Positions 1 through 13,116 of a stretch of 64,000 bases of DNA are shown here, piece by piece. The stretch is from contig NC_087251.1 of NCBI RefSeq assembly GCF_037042905.1, positions 23,746,001 through 23,810,000 of the forward strand. Reading direction: 5' to 3'. How positions within the stretch are numbered: the stretch's first letter is position 1; each line of letters opens with the position of its first letter. The notes below the pieces were generated by a model, which saw only the letters and a program-made list of their open reading frames with translations, was not told the DNA's origin and made no database searches. This DNA is from Lytechinus pictus (lineage: Eukaryota). The translations under genes and the position numbers were made by a program.

Positions 1-479
1 TAGGTAAAAGTTGATGCCCTAATTTTCAGAATTTATTATTAAATTGACAGTCTGCTCTGGACTTTATGGCTTATTATGCGAACATGTAAATAATGTAATA
101 GCAATCAGTCTCAATCTCAACAGGAAGGGGGGAGGGGGTGGCTAAATGTTCTGTTGACCCTTGTCCAATCAACCTATTTCACCCACTATCTCACCCCTAA
201 CCATGCATGCTAACCCCCTATTCTCCTGCGTGACTCCCATGAACCCCATTCTGATTCTGAGAACCATATTACATATATTGATAAGTTAAAATGCGTTAAT
301 CATGTTAATGCTGCGCTAAAAACTGCAATTCATGTTCACTCGTACTCATGCATTAAATATTTTCTCAAACAACCAAAAATGATCACGACTGACCATTACT
401 TTATCACAACACATAACACCAAAACCAGATTTCAACACCGTACTAAATTAGCTAGTAAGAGCAGCTACATGTAGCCTCG

Positions 480-950
480 AAATGTGCCGCCGGTACAAGC
501 CGGGGGAGCACCGGTCTGCGTGCTCGCTAGATCCAGTTCATGAGTTGGGTCGATCTTACACTCGTATTTTGAATTGATGTTGAACCCCCCACCCGAATGC
601 TAACACTTAAAATAATCTCACAGATTAATGCCATTTTCTTTCCTTGAAATTTTCAATTAATCTTACTCAAGTTCCCTTTCCTGGCTGTTGACAGGATGAC
701 TTTGGTGAGAGAATTCATGATGATCTCGTGCCGTCCACGGGCGCGGGCGTGGTATAAAAAAGGCGTACCGCTGTGGCTAGCTCGATCACAAAATTTTCCG
801 GTACCGGTACCGGGCCCGGTATCCGTGTATCATATCGATAGCTAGCTGACGTCGACGTGTCTTGCTATGCTCGGCTAGCTACCGGTACCGACAAGGCCAG
901 GCGACACAGTCAACATCACTCTAACTGTAACTGTAACTGTAAGATCTAGA
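480..950. promoter_or_regulatory. CpG-rich, probably bidirectional promoter region
   Basis: CG-dense and palindrome-rich (CCGGTACCGGTACCGGGCCCGG, GACGTCGACGT, GGGCGCGGGCG) against a CpG-poor background; lies between the 718 exon and SLC35B2. Confidence 0.55.
667..718 (-). CDS. Putative first coding exon of a leftward-transcribed gene (MNSLTKVILSTARKGNL..., mitochondrial-presequence-like); remaining exons presumably left of the window
   Basis: Minus-strand ATG at 718 reads open to a strong donor A|GTAAGA (666-661). It lies in the CpG-rich island. The peptide is basic/hydroxylated with no acidic residues. No homology recognised. Confidence 0.45.
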
Positions 951-1502
951 TCTACTGTAAAATCTGGAAATTGGTAATGTCCAATACGTATAAATATTTA
1001 TGTAGGCCTCATTTTTTCTTGCATAGTTATAACGTTAAACATTTCGTTTTCAGATTCCAATTCCACCGAGCTGAGAGTGAGACTGAGATCGAGAGAAGGC
1101 TGAACTGCTGAAGCATGAAGGCAGCTGAACAGTCAACATGAACAACAGTCCCACGAGCTTACTTTAGTGCGGTTTCATGATATCAGCTTTCGTTTATAAA
1201 CTTAGCTTTACTCTTTAGTTTATATTATAGTCGCGCCAGTCAATCTTTCAGTTTCTTATTATTATTACCGGATGTACTGGAAAAATGCAGAAAGCTGCAG
1301 CCAAGTTTCCAGGTCTAGCTTTCGTCCAAGCTTAATCTTCTTCCACAACTTAATCAGTTTAATTTATATTTTTCCTCAAGAAATCAGACAAGATACATAA
1401 AATACTTTATAGACAGTGAATAAACAACTATAAATATGATGGTGTGCCCTTGCCCCGGGGACCTCGACACGTCTTTCACAGTACACTGTGTTCGGGCTGC
1501 CG

Positions 1503-1980
1503 CAGTAAGGTGGGCCCCAAGTCTGCGCACCTAACAGTAACAATTTGAGTTGAGATTTAACATGAATTTCTTCTTATTTCACAAAATCTTTCAGTTAAAA
1601 TAATAAAAACTTAAAATAATGTTCCTTATCATGCTTATATTATTGAGAGTAAGTGTACCAAATTTCTCATTAAAAAATGAAAGAAAATATAGGATTTTCT
1701 TGAAAAAACCTCTGGCAGTCATTTTCAGATTGAAAAAAAAATGATACTCCATGTCTGCGCACTCATTCACTTTGCACACGATTCTGGGATTTTGATGAGA
1801 AAGGCTGCATTTTGAGGCCGTCACATGAAATGCCCTGAATTTATTATTTTTCCACCATTTTGAGTCGGATTTTTCAATGAATACCTGTCTATGTATTGCA
1901 TGTTTAAAGTCTCGTTGCGTATCTTCTTTTACTAGAATCGCGCAGACAAGGGGGACTGCGCAGACTTGGGGGAACTTGCC
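1503..1980. mobile_element. MITE with terminal inverted repeats (TIRs) CCCCAAGTCTGCGCA
   Basis: 1515-1529 is the exact reverse complement of 1957-1971; an internal GTCTGCGCA copy lies near 1753. Outer ends approximate. Confidence 0.6.
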
Positions 1981-2329
1981 ATAATTGTTCATCAAACAAA
2001 GGATATGACATGAATGAGGAGGAAAAATGGCCGAAAAGGCTTGGCTTGTGTCTGTTGTGATACTAGGCTAGACAGCTGGCAGCCGTCTGTTTCGAGGAGT
2101 TTTTTAACATTTTTAATTTTTTTTTAATTTCTCCTTGTACACAGACGGCTTGCTATCGTGCAGCCACCGTTAGGGGGTTAACAATGCAAGGAGAGAGAGA
2201 GCTAGAGAGCCAGAAATAAGTTTAAGTTATATTTAGATTATGAACTTGACAATTAAAATGTTTTGTAGACTATTTCCTTCTAAAAACAGATACCGAAGAG
2301 CTTAAATCTAATTGAATATGGGAAGGGAT

Positions 2330-3110
2330 TGAATTAGAATTTTGAATTCCAATAATTGGTCCTTGATAATATATGCCATTTTTAAAGAGAGAAGTATTGC
2401 ACTGTGGGATATGAATATTTCAAGCATTTTCAGTGGAATGAGTATGTACAGATGTGTTTGATAAAAAATAATTTTTGAGGGAATTCGGCAAGATATTTTA
2501 TAATATAAGAAAAAATTAAAACTGCAATATTCATTTTGTTCAAATACATTATATTTAGAATTTTCAAAGATTTTAAACAATGGTCCAGAATGACACAGAT
2601 ATGAGGAGTGAGTAATAATTAATTCTCATTGTCCTTTTTTGTAAAAGAAATATGTTAATATGTGTTTATTACCCCAGACTATATTGCAGAAGTTCAAATA
2701 AGGTAAAATCAGTGTATTATATAATAAAAGATGAATCATCTTCGGTAACGTGCAGTTTATATGACAGTGATGTTTTGGCAACTTTGCCGCAGATGACACC
2801 AGCATGCTCATTCCATGTTAACCTATTATCAAGATTGACATTAACACCTAAAAGGTAGTAAATGCTACTTCATTAATTGGCATCTCATTTAAATAAACAT
2901 CAACTTTGAGTAATGATCTATTTTTATTTGTGAAAACCATAAAAAAAAAACATTTTCGAGCATTTAAAGTTAATTTATTTACAGTAAGCCAGTTTGATGT
3001 ATATTTCAATTCATTATTAAAGAACATTTTGTAAAGTTTCAACATTTTTATGGGACATGAACAAGCTGGAGTTATCTGCATACAAAATAGAATCCAGAGC
3101 ATTAGAAATG
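2330..3110 (-). mobile_element. Degraded CR1/L2-group LINE fragment (RT C-terminal part)
   Basis: Frameshifted peptides LYADNSSL, NWLTVNKLTLNARKC, VYLNEMPINEVAFTTF and LLYNTLILPYLNFCNIVWG are typical of CR1/L2-group ORF2. Confidence 0.8.
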
Positions 3111-3823
3111 CATGGTAGCGGCGATGTAGAGGCTGTGAAAAAAACATGTGCGTGTCTTGCTTGATTCATATCGGGCTAGCTCTAGGCACGCTTCTGTGAA
3201 ATGGGAGCATGTCATCATATTACATATTATAAAATAATTTTTAAAAGCACCTTTAGAAGCTTTTAGAAATTGGTTATCAATAGGAAGTAGAGAAAATTTC
3301 TGTTATTTTGATACTTTGAAAATTTCTATAGATTCCAAAATATTTGTGTACAAACTGTATTTTTTTATGTTGATGAAAAAAATTAAAATTTTGGATAAAA
3401 ATGGCATAATAATGTACTCATAACATATACACACTAAATTACACTATAGATGTCCTACAGTATGTTGTGTGTGTTACTTTGGGAAGAACTAATATTGTAA
3501 AAACAACAATTCCAATGATGAGAGTAATTGATAGTATAGAGTGACAACTTTTCATAAAATCATATATTTCAATAAATGAAGATCAACTAGTTTTTATTTC
3601 TCTCAATTAGTGTTAGACAGGTGATTGAACTTTTATATTATTTGTATAATGGAGAAGTCCTTATAATGAACAAGATTCTATAAAATGAGGATCCTGCAGT
3701 TCCCCATCATGATGATCATGTTAACATTTTTAGAATTTAATTTTCAATGAATATCAAGTCTCAACTTATTGAAATAAATAACTTCCTGTGTGTATTTCCT
3801 TTGTCCATAGAAATCAAGTGAAA

Positions 3824-6800
3824 ATGGCTGCTTTCAGACAACCCAATAATACTAGGCCAAGTTGTGTCAGTGCTGCCATCTTAATAAGCCTCTTCATATG
3901 CCTTGCTAGTGTTCATATAGCAAATGCAAAAGAAGAAGATGAAGCTTCTACTGAAGGCTGGATGGACTATTGGTTTATCAGATTGGCGCTAAATGTTCTT
4001 GGCTACCTGTCAGTGATTGTTCCTGCTTGGCTGGTGATTCGCTATGTCAGAAGCTCTGGATACTTGGAAAAGGGAGGTGAGGATCCCTCAGGTACAAGTA
4101 GTGGCATATAAAAAGACAAAGGCATTTCTGCCTTTTTATGCCCACTACTCCTAGGAAAAAAAAGTAATTTTGCACCCTCTCCCCCTCCCCCTTTTCAAAA
4201 TCACAACCTTTTCCTTGTCAAAAATATTTTTAAGAAGTCAGCCTACATGTTTGGGCAACAAAATTTTGGGATTGAATAAAGCTATCTAAATAATCTTATT
4301 TTTAAAAGATTTCTTTAGTTACAAACTCATGTATATGCCCTTTAGAATGATTTTTTTTTTAATTTTTACCAACAATATTAGAAGAACTGTAAGGAGTCTG
4401 AAAACTTCTCATTTACAGGGAGTAAAGCTGGCTGTGTTGTACCAGTACATATGGAAAGGAAGTTAGGGCAGCACAGAAACAGACATTTAACTTATATTGT
4501 ACCAGCACTATCAGAGCTCTACATGTATGTAATAATTAGAACTAGATGAAACTCTATATAGTACCGAGTTGATTTATTTGATAAGAAGATACAGGTACTA
4601 CTTTAAGAAAAATGAAGACTTCACGGTAAAAAGACAATTGTTTTGGCTTTGGGTTTATTAAGTTAATACAGGTAGTAGCTCTTTGAGGTGCTTTTGGAGA
4701 AAAATGTTAGAGGAATAAAATGTTAGATTCAACGTTGATAACAATATCACATCAGATTCAGTTATCCGCATAATGTCATTTGTTGTGAAGTTGACATCTA
4801 GGCAATGATTTACATGTACATGTAATTTATGTAATAATATATTTTGGAGCATATGACGTGAAATACTTGAAATAAAATGTCAAAGTTATAATAAGTTTGG
4901 TTTATGATATACCATATTCTTATGCAAAGCAAATTAGCTTGAAACAAAAAGCTGGCTTACTACTCTGAATCTGTAACCGGAGCTAGTAACATGTGTCATG
5001 ACATTGCCCTTTTTGGGTATTCAACCCTGCGCTTTTATCTGCATTTTTATCTGCCTGAATAACCTGAAATGAGAGGGAGCTAAAGGGCTGCAGGTAATGA
5101 TAATGATATCAGTAGCTCTACTTTATTTGTCCATGTATGCGAAGTACAAATTATGAACTTTGATAATGTAATGGTGTTTGTGATGGTGATGATGATGGTG
5201 GTGGTGATGATGATCATCATCATCATCCCAGCAACAATGATGTTAATGATGAATTGACATAAATGCAATAATTGGTAGCTATTGTTTTTCATGCTGAAGA
5301 ATTCCTAGGAGAGTAGTATTTCTTTGGGATATTTTCCTCTTTCTTCTGAGTCTATGTCCTAATCAGTTACAGTAGGTCTCTTTAAACCTCTTATTTTCTG
5401 AAATATGTATTTTGTGTAGGTCATGGCTGTTGGTACAATACTGTCAAATCATGTGTAACTGGGTCAGACGAAATCAAAGCAAGCTTAGAGGAAGGAGGTA
5501 GCAAGGCTACAGTGACTGAGAAACCAAAGGTAATATTATATGTACATAAAAAGTTTAGCTCCAAAAGGAACTACATCCATATTTATTACTTCACAGAAAA
5601 ACATTGTTGACCATTTTCATCAAAAGGGAATGAAGTACCTTTTGAAACTAAACTTCCTACCACATGAAATGCAAGCGAAAGACAAAAGTTTTTCTTCAGA
5701 CTACATTTTCAACATTCCTTGTATGTGACCATAATGCACTAATGTCACTATTTTGGTCTACTTAACTGTTTTGTATTTGTTGCATGACAGTTTGGTTCAT
5801 GAAAGAGTTCATATATTGACCTGATAAAGTTTACTGATGATATTGGTTTATTTCTTGCGCTTTCTGTTTAGATAGGAATTTGATTCCGGTAAGGTAAATG
5901 ATTGATTTCCAGCAATTGCTGCCAGACCTATAATTTAATGGTTTAGTTTTAAAAAAATGCAGGTGAGATAGATTTACAGCTATCGAGAGGAGTGCTGTCA
6001 GAAATATTTCATGGTTAAGATGCAGATATTAAGCGACTGTTAAAAGCCAGTACTTTAGATTATTAAAAGACTACTTTAATGGTAAACGATCAGAGGACCA
6101 ATGACCATACACTTTCTGATGGATCAGAGAGCAGAAAGAGTTGCAATCAGTCACAACTTTAAAAATCAAACATTTTTATTTTCAACCAATAAATTAGAAG
6201 CATGTATTTAGGACTAGCAATTGATTAGTAAGTAAGTATTCAGTTGCTACTCTAATTGCTATTGGCCCCCGGTAATGAGGACATTTAACTTACCAAAGGG
6301 CAATAGGACTAGGCCTAAATAGTACATCAAATTTTATTTAAGCCCAGGTTACCAGATTTCAAGACTATTGCCCTTCATATGAATATATATCTTGCCCCTC
6401 AACCTACACAATATTGTCAATGCTACTCTAACTTTTGAGGAATATGAATTTGAAATGAATACTGTAAATGATATTAATCATTGGATGGATGGACGGCCGG
6501 ACGGACACTTTTTATTGCTTTTTGAAAATGAAAATTTTAGTATTCTGACTATAGTAATGTGTAATACTCTATTCATTTCCAGATGAACCGTAGTTTTGTG
6601 CTGCTGTTTTGCGTAGCTGGCCTGCAAGGGTCATACCTTACATGGGGAGTCCTTCAAGAACGTATAATGGCACATGAATATGGCAAAGATGCACATAATC
6701 CAGGAGAAACGTTCACCAACTCCCAATTCCTAGTGTTCATGAACCGCATTCTCGCTTTCATGGCTGCTCTGGTTTTCATGAACTTCACTGCTCAACCTCG

Positions 6801-7578
6801 TCACACTGCACCCCTCTACAAGTACTCCTACTGCTCTTTGTCCAATATCATGAGTAGCTGGTGCCAGTATGAGGCTCTCAAGTTTGTCACCTTTCCCACC
6901 CAAGTCCTGGCCAAAGCTTCCAAGATCATTCCTGTGATGCTGATGGGGAAGGTCATATCTGGGAAAACATACGAGTACTACGAGTACATCACAGCTGTGA
7001 TGATCTCTCTTGGTGTGGCACTGTTCTTGTTGTCCCAGGGAGGGGATCACAAAGGATCAACTGTGACAACATTATCAGGGGTCATCATCTTGGTTGGTTA
7101 CATGGCCTTTGATAGCTTCACCTCAAATTGGCAGGCAGACCTGTATAAGACATACAGTATGTCCAGTATTCAGATGATGTTTGGTGTCAACCTCTTTTCC
7201 TGCCTGTTCACCAGTTGGTCTCTTATAGAACAGGGTGGGTTCTTTGAGGGAATTGGCTTCATGCTCAAGTACAATACCTTCATGTTTCATGTAGGACTTC
7301 TCTCACTGTTCTCAGCCACTGGACAGCTCTTTATCTTCTACACCATCTCCCAGTTTGGTGCGGTCATCTTCACCATCATCATGACCACCCGTCAGGCCCT
7401 GGCTATCCTCCTTTCATGCATCATTTATGGCCATCCTCTCAATTTCCAGGGCATCATGGGTGTCATAGTGGTATTCATTGCCCTCTTCCTCAGGGTATAT
7501 GCAAGACAGCGCAAGTCTGGGCAGAAGCCCAAACCTCCCCCTGCTCAAGAATCATCCCTGGCTCCGACCAAGACATGA
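3824..7578 (+). CDS. SLC35B2: PAPS transporter 1; coding exons 3824-4076, 5420-5529, 6583-7578 (~452 aa)
   Basis: Motifs [80 protein letters not shown] and TIIMTTRQ match SLC35B2. GT-AG introns join in phase (1, 0). Confidence 0.95.
5166..5250. repeat. (GAT/GGT)n-(ATC)n trinucleotide microsatellite, partly palindromic
   Basis: gatgatgatggtggtggtgatgatgatcatcatcatcatc. Confidence 0.8.
5420..5529 (+). CDS. SLC35B2: SLC35B2 coding exon 2 ([20 protein letters not shown]...), absent from the ORF track
   Basis: tgtag| acceptor and AAG|gtaata donor; phase-compatible with both neighbours; similar to the vertebrate GRGLCFPLVKACVFG segment. Confidence 0.85.
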
Positions 7579-8409
7579 CTAGGCAGTCATAGATCTAGTC
7601 GTACTCACCATTTGTAAGCCTGTGCTGTGACTAAAGTGCTCACCTTGTGCCATGATCTGATAAAAGCTCTCCTTTTTAAAGAAATTTTCAGAAATATTAC
7701 CCTGTAAATGCATGTACCAAAGATTAGTTCTCCTCAAACACCGAAATTATTTATTGAGTCACGCTTTTGGGGGAAACTGCAATGTTAGATCCTCCAGAAA
7801 ATGAAATTGCATTTAATCCATTTGATTAATTGGAAAAAAGAAATTTAGCCTCTGAATGCATTTTGTGAATATCCAAGAGCTTCAATCATACCGGGTGAAT
7901 CAAGTATGAATTGTGTACATATATTAAATATTATTGTTTTGTGGTGGTTTAAATTATTTGTACTTGTTTTCCACATTTGTTCTTCAAGATTTACAGCGTG
8001 CTGTCAAGGTTTATTTCTTTCAAAAGTGAGACAATTATCTAGACATGGCTTCAAAGACATTTGTAAATAACTAACTGTATATTTGAGCATAGGAGTATTT
8101 CATATCAAGTCTCGACATTGAAAAATTGTCTTTCCGCTGAATGTCTAAATGTTATTTTGGTAAAATTGAGAATGATACACATTTAATGCCAAGAATGAAC
8201 TTGAATTGTACAAAAGAAAAAAAATGGAATTAATGTCTACTTTCTTAGATTGTAATTTGTATTTAACTTGATATTATGACAATGGAAGTAGTCTTACTTT
8301 GCAATATTTCTATGAATTTTGGAAATTTACATTTTCATTTGTAGATTTGCATATCATGGTAGCCTAGCCTACTTATTTAGTATTTTTTCTGAAGCGGAAG
8401 TAGATTTAA

Positions 8410-9003
8410 AGGACAAGTCCACCCCAACAAAAAGTTGATTTGAATAGAAAGAGAAAAATCCAACAAGCATAACACTGAAAATTTCATCAAAATCGAATGT
8501 AAAATAAGAAAGTTATGAGTTATGACATTTTAAAGTTTTACTTAATTTCACAAAACAGTTATGTGCACATCCTGGTGGGTATGCAAATGAGGAGACTGAT
8601 GACATCATCCACTCACTATTTCTTTTGTATTTTATTATATAAAATAGGGAATATCCTATTTTTCTCCTCATTGTCAAGTGAAACAACGATTAATTTCTCC
8701 CTGAACATGTGGAATGAGCATCGTTAAATACTATATGATTCTGTCAAGTTGGTCCTTATTGTCAAATCTATTAAAAAATGAAATATTGTATAATTCAAAC
8801 AATAAAAAACAAAGGAAATAGTGAGGGACATCGACTCTCCCATTTGAGTTGTGCATATCACTGTTTTGTGAAAAGTAAGCAAAACTTTAAAATGTCATAA
8901 CTTTCTTATTTTACATTCGATTTTGATGAAATTTTCAGCAAATTGCTAGTTTGATTTTTCTCTATTTATTCAAATCAACATTTTTGTGGGGTGGACTTGA
9001 CCT
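8410..9003 (+). mobile_element. ~600-bp TTAA-targeting MITE (Kolobok/T2-like), family A copy 1
   Basis: TTAA|AGGACAAGTCCACCCC ... GGGGTGGACTTGACCT|TTAA, with long subterminal inverted repeats. Confidence 0.9.
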
Positions 9004-9320
9004 TTAAGAGAAGCTTCCATACCTACCTTGAAAAATTGCAACTGATTTTATCGCAAGTTGCAGATATTTATATAAATGTGGCAAATTGGCTGAAACTGTT
9101 TGGAATTATCAATGATATCAGCTGTGCACTAGACAATCCATACTTGTTACAATGTGTGTAACCAAGGTAAATTGCAATTTGTGTAAATTACAGTTGGATG
9201 TTAAAATAGAGAGACCTCATCAATGTACCTCTGTTGGACCTGTCTTACAGATGCAGATGTCCACTATTGTCATTGTTAGCCTCCCCCCCCCCCCTTAGGG
9301 GCAGTTTTACAAAGAGTTAA

Positions 9321-10063
9321 AGGGCAAGTCCACCCCAACAAACATTTAATTAGAATATAAAGACATTGAAAATTTCATCGAAATTGGATGTAGAATAAGA
9401 AAATATGATTTTTTTTTAATTGCTTAATAATATAAAAAAGTCACAGTATATGCACATACTGGTCAGTATGCAAATGAGGCCCAGGGGAATAATGACATCA
9501 TCCACTATTTCTTTTTTCTTTTTTTTTATATGATAGATGAAATACTTTCATTTTCTTTATTGTCATGTGAAAGAAAGTTTTGTTCCTCCCTGAACATGTG
9601 GAATTACCATTGTTATAACATTTTGTGGTTCCATCAAGAGGGTCCTAATTGTCAAATCTGTAAAAGTTTAAATATTGTATAATTCAAACAATTAAAAAAA
9701 ACATAATGAGTTGTGCATAAACTGTTTCATGAGAAATAATTAAAAATTTAAAATGTCATAGCTGGGCGATTCCATAAAATAATCCACATTTTGGTACGTC
9801 TTACCTCCATTTTTCTCAAGTTTTACTTCACTTCATAAAGTGACCAAGTCATGGTCCTTTGAGAACATTACAGGCTGTCAAAAGAACAAGAAATCAGAGA
9901 CAGAAAAGTTCATGAAGGTCCCACACATAGGGGTCAGACGTACATATTTAATGGAATTGCCCAGCATTTTTATTTTACATCCAATTTTGATGAAATTTCC
10001 AGCAATGTGCTTGTGTGATTTTTTCCTGTATTAAAATCAACGTTTTTCTTAGGTGGACTTGAC
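9321..10063 (+). mobile_element. Family A MITE copy 2 (diverged, with nested insertion)
   Basis: TTAA|AGGGCAAGTCCACCCC start; interior homologous to 8410-9003; degenerate right end GGTGGACTTGAC. Confidence 0.85.
9764..9962. mobile_element. ~200-bp MITE nested in the family A copy
   Basis: TIRs GGGCGATTCCATAAA / TTTAATGGAATTGCCC; flanks AGCT and AGCA (probable 4-bp TSD). Confidence 0.75.
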
Positions 10064-11735
10064 ATCTGATAATTTAAAGGGTGATTAAAAGTCATCCATC
10101 AGTGTCATTGAATGGTATGAACTTCAATGGAAATGACGCTCAGCAACTAACAGAAAGAAATAGAGGATTTAATATCAGTTACCATTAGATGGAAGAATTA
10201 ACACAACTATCAAAGAAAGAGTTGCAATTAAAAACAAGTTGATCTTCAACCAATCAGGAGAATGCATTTTTTACATAAAGTTTAATGAAACTCTTTCTGC
10301 ATCAGGGCCCAGGTCTCCACAGTGACTCTTTTGATAATATTAAGAGTTTGTTTTCAAGAGGCTGACGGGTTTGAGGGTAGGAATGTGAGTGTTGGTGCCA
10401 AGATGGGGACCCACATGAAAAGAACTTGCGTCTTTCCCATTATGGTAACACATTGCTACAATTTCACTGTTATAGAAGAAACATTTAGATTTGATAAATG
10501 CTATGTATTTTATACTGAATTTATGTACTCAATATAGTTAATTTGAGTTTTTTCTACATTTTAGAAATGTATATTAGGTAAGAAAATATGATTTATTTTC
10601 ATTTGAATTTGCAGAGTGACTATTTTTAGCAATTGCCTCTTATGCTTTTGATAAAAAAAATGGAAAATAAATCATGAAATCATGGCAGGAGATATTTGAA
10701 CCATGTAACGTACTCTTTTAAAATCATTATCTCCTATTCTGTTGATCTAAGCAAGAATCAACCTAGAATATTAAAATAGAAAGTCAAAAGGGGCCTAAGC
10801 TTTCGATCCTAGCAGAATCTTCGTATTAAGTTGTGAGGAAAACCCAAGTTTGAAACAAATTATTATGAAGGTTGATTACAAAAATTCAGTCACAAAAAAA
10901 CAGGTCTTTACAACATATACTTGATTATACTAGTGTGCTTGGCAGTAGTGTTTTTAGACAAGACATTGACATCTGTAGCATGTCTGTAAATTAAAACATT
11001 TACTTTGATATATTGGAATTCCAATTCTTGTATTCAAGTTTTTATCTCCCTGATGATCATTTGCAAGAATGTTATCCTGAAGATGTTTAATATAAATATT
11101 TTTTGACAATCAAATCTACCATTTTGTATCCAAAGAAGCTTTTCAAGAAGGAATCTGTTCTATTTTTGCTTACAAGCTACTCAAAATCTTTACAAGCATT
11201 TGGCCAAGAACAAATTGGTCAATGAAAATCACTGGCAAAATGTTTCATGAAAAGCACACTTGACCCGCCATTTCCCGTATTTCTAATTTTTCTGGATTAA
11301 CATTTATTCACTGACATGGCCTATTTATAATTTTGTTAACATTTGATGTGAGACTTGTGTATTTTTATTTTCATAAACAGTAGTTGGGGCTTATATGTGT
11401 GTGTATTGTCTTGAACTAGGCACCTTGACACTTTCACATACATTCAGTATTAGTGTGGTAACAATATCTTCTGCTAGATGTATTTCATGTAGATATGAGC
11501 TGCCTTTTGAGTACAAATCTGAGAATATATTTATTCTTTAGGATTCATTCAAGTATATGTATTTTCACTTAGAACAGATTAAGAAAGTGTTTTGTTTCCT
11601 TTCTTGGAGGTGTATCAATATATTCAAAGAATAAATAAATATATACAAATGTAATTAAATGGCTGTAACTTGAATTAATTTTTGTGTTGTAGAATTCAAA
11701 GTTTGTGTTAAAAACCTTACATTAACCCCACCCCC

Positions 11736-11853
11736 TTCTGTCTCTGTTCATCTCCCCTCTCTGTTTCTCTCTTCCACTCTGTCTCTCTACATCTCTGTTT
11801 CTCTCTTCCACCCTGTCTCTCTCCATCTCTGCACTCTTCTCCTTTTCTCTTTC
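11736..11853. repeat. CT-rich low-complexity/short tandem repeat
   Basis: Repeated tctctgtttctctcttccac..tgtctct units. Confidence 0.7.
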
Positions 11854-12990
11854 TAGGAAGATATAAGAATGCACACATACCTTTTTTCAGAATTATTAAT
11901 CATGGATAAATATTGATTTTTAATCTTTGAAAAGTAAATACATTATGAAAACATGAAATGAGGGGGAAAATAAGTGTAATTTTCCTTAGACATCTTCCAA
12001 AATTTTACCATTAAGTGTTTCACAGACTTTATTTTATTGACTACTTTTTCAAGTAGGCACTCTTGAAAGGGTAAAATTTTTAGATTTGAAAAAAAAATTC
12101 TTATATTATTTGAAAACTAAAATCTGCATTACTTTTCAGTTACTTAACAGCTGTTGCTTTTCCCTTGTTCGATTTGAAGGGGGAAAAAAGATATGGTCAC
12201 TTTAAAAATGGTGTGAACATTTGAGTTAGTTTAAAAAGACCAATCAGAATGTCTCAAGTTGTAATATTCATGGGAATTCTTTTTGAATGGAAATACTGAG
12301 CCAATAGAAATCTTCAGGTTTCCTGACAATGATGCAGAATCATCTGATTTTGAGACATCAGCCTTACTGCATATGAAATAGTGGAGAGTGCAGTGTTGAG
12401 GGATGGAACGTTCAGTGTCGTGTGCTATTAATCTGAAGCTCCCTAATATTTGGGGGAAAAAAATACAAATATGACCAACAATCAATCTTTCCAGAAGATT
12501 TGTTGAATTTTCTCTCTAAATGAGGAATTCTATCTTTCAATGAGAAATTTACACAACATCACTGTTTGAAACCTCTCCAATGCATTTCATCCTAATATAT
12601 GGTTGGTTTCATGATTTGTCATACTACATACATGTATTTTTATCTGAGTTTAACTTTGAATTATTTATGTGTTCAAATCATATAGCATTTTATATAATCA
12701 GCAAATAATGATAGAGTTTACACATAGCAATAACTTGAATCAGCATATATTAATGAAAATGACGGAGAAATCGACTTAGTAATGCAAAAATAAATATGTT
12801 TATGAATGCAAGAGACCAACATCAAGAGCAGTAGGCTACATAAATACAGTCATGTGTTTTAAAAAGATCCAAAACCTTTCATCAAATCGTAGGTATAAAT
12901 CTGGCATAAATTGTTCACAATGAAACAAGTAGAAAGTTGGACGCTGACTGTAGATTATCCATTGGCATGTTTTTTTGAGTTGTGCATCAT

Positions 12991-13116
12991 TTATTCTTTA
13001 ACAGCACAAAGCCATGTTAGAGGAACTTGGTATGAGAATCGTGGATGACCATCATCATAGGGGATGTGCCAACTCCTTTCTGTTGACTGTATCACAGTGT
13101 CATGAGCCAGATTTTG
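12991..13116 (-). CDS. PRORP: PRORP last coding exon ([22 protein letters not shown]...WLCAVKE*)
   Basis: ttgcag| acceptor; His/Cys zinc ligands; stop TAA. Confidence 0.9.
   Translation of the reverse strand, partial: QNLAHDTVIQSTERSWHIPYDDGHPRFSYQVPLTWLCAVKE

Noticed and set aside
1591-1995. 134-aa ORF and the many other 60-130 aa AT-rich ORFs in the track
   Set aside because: They lie in MITEs, introns or low-complexity DNA, with F/I/L/K-biased composition and no recognisable domains.
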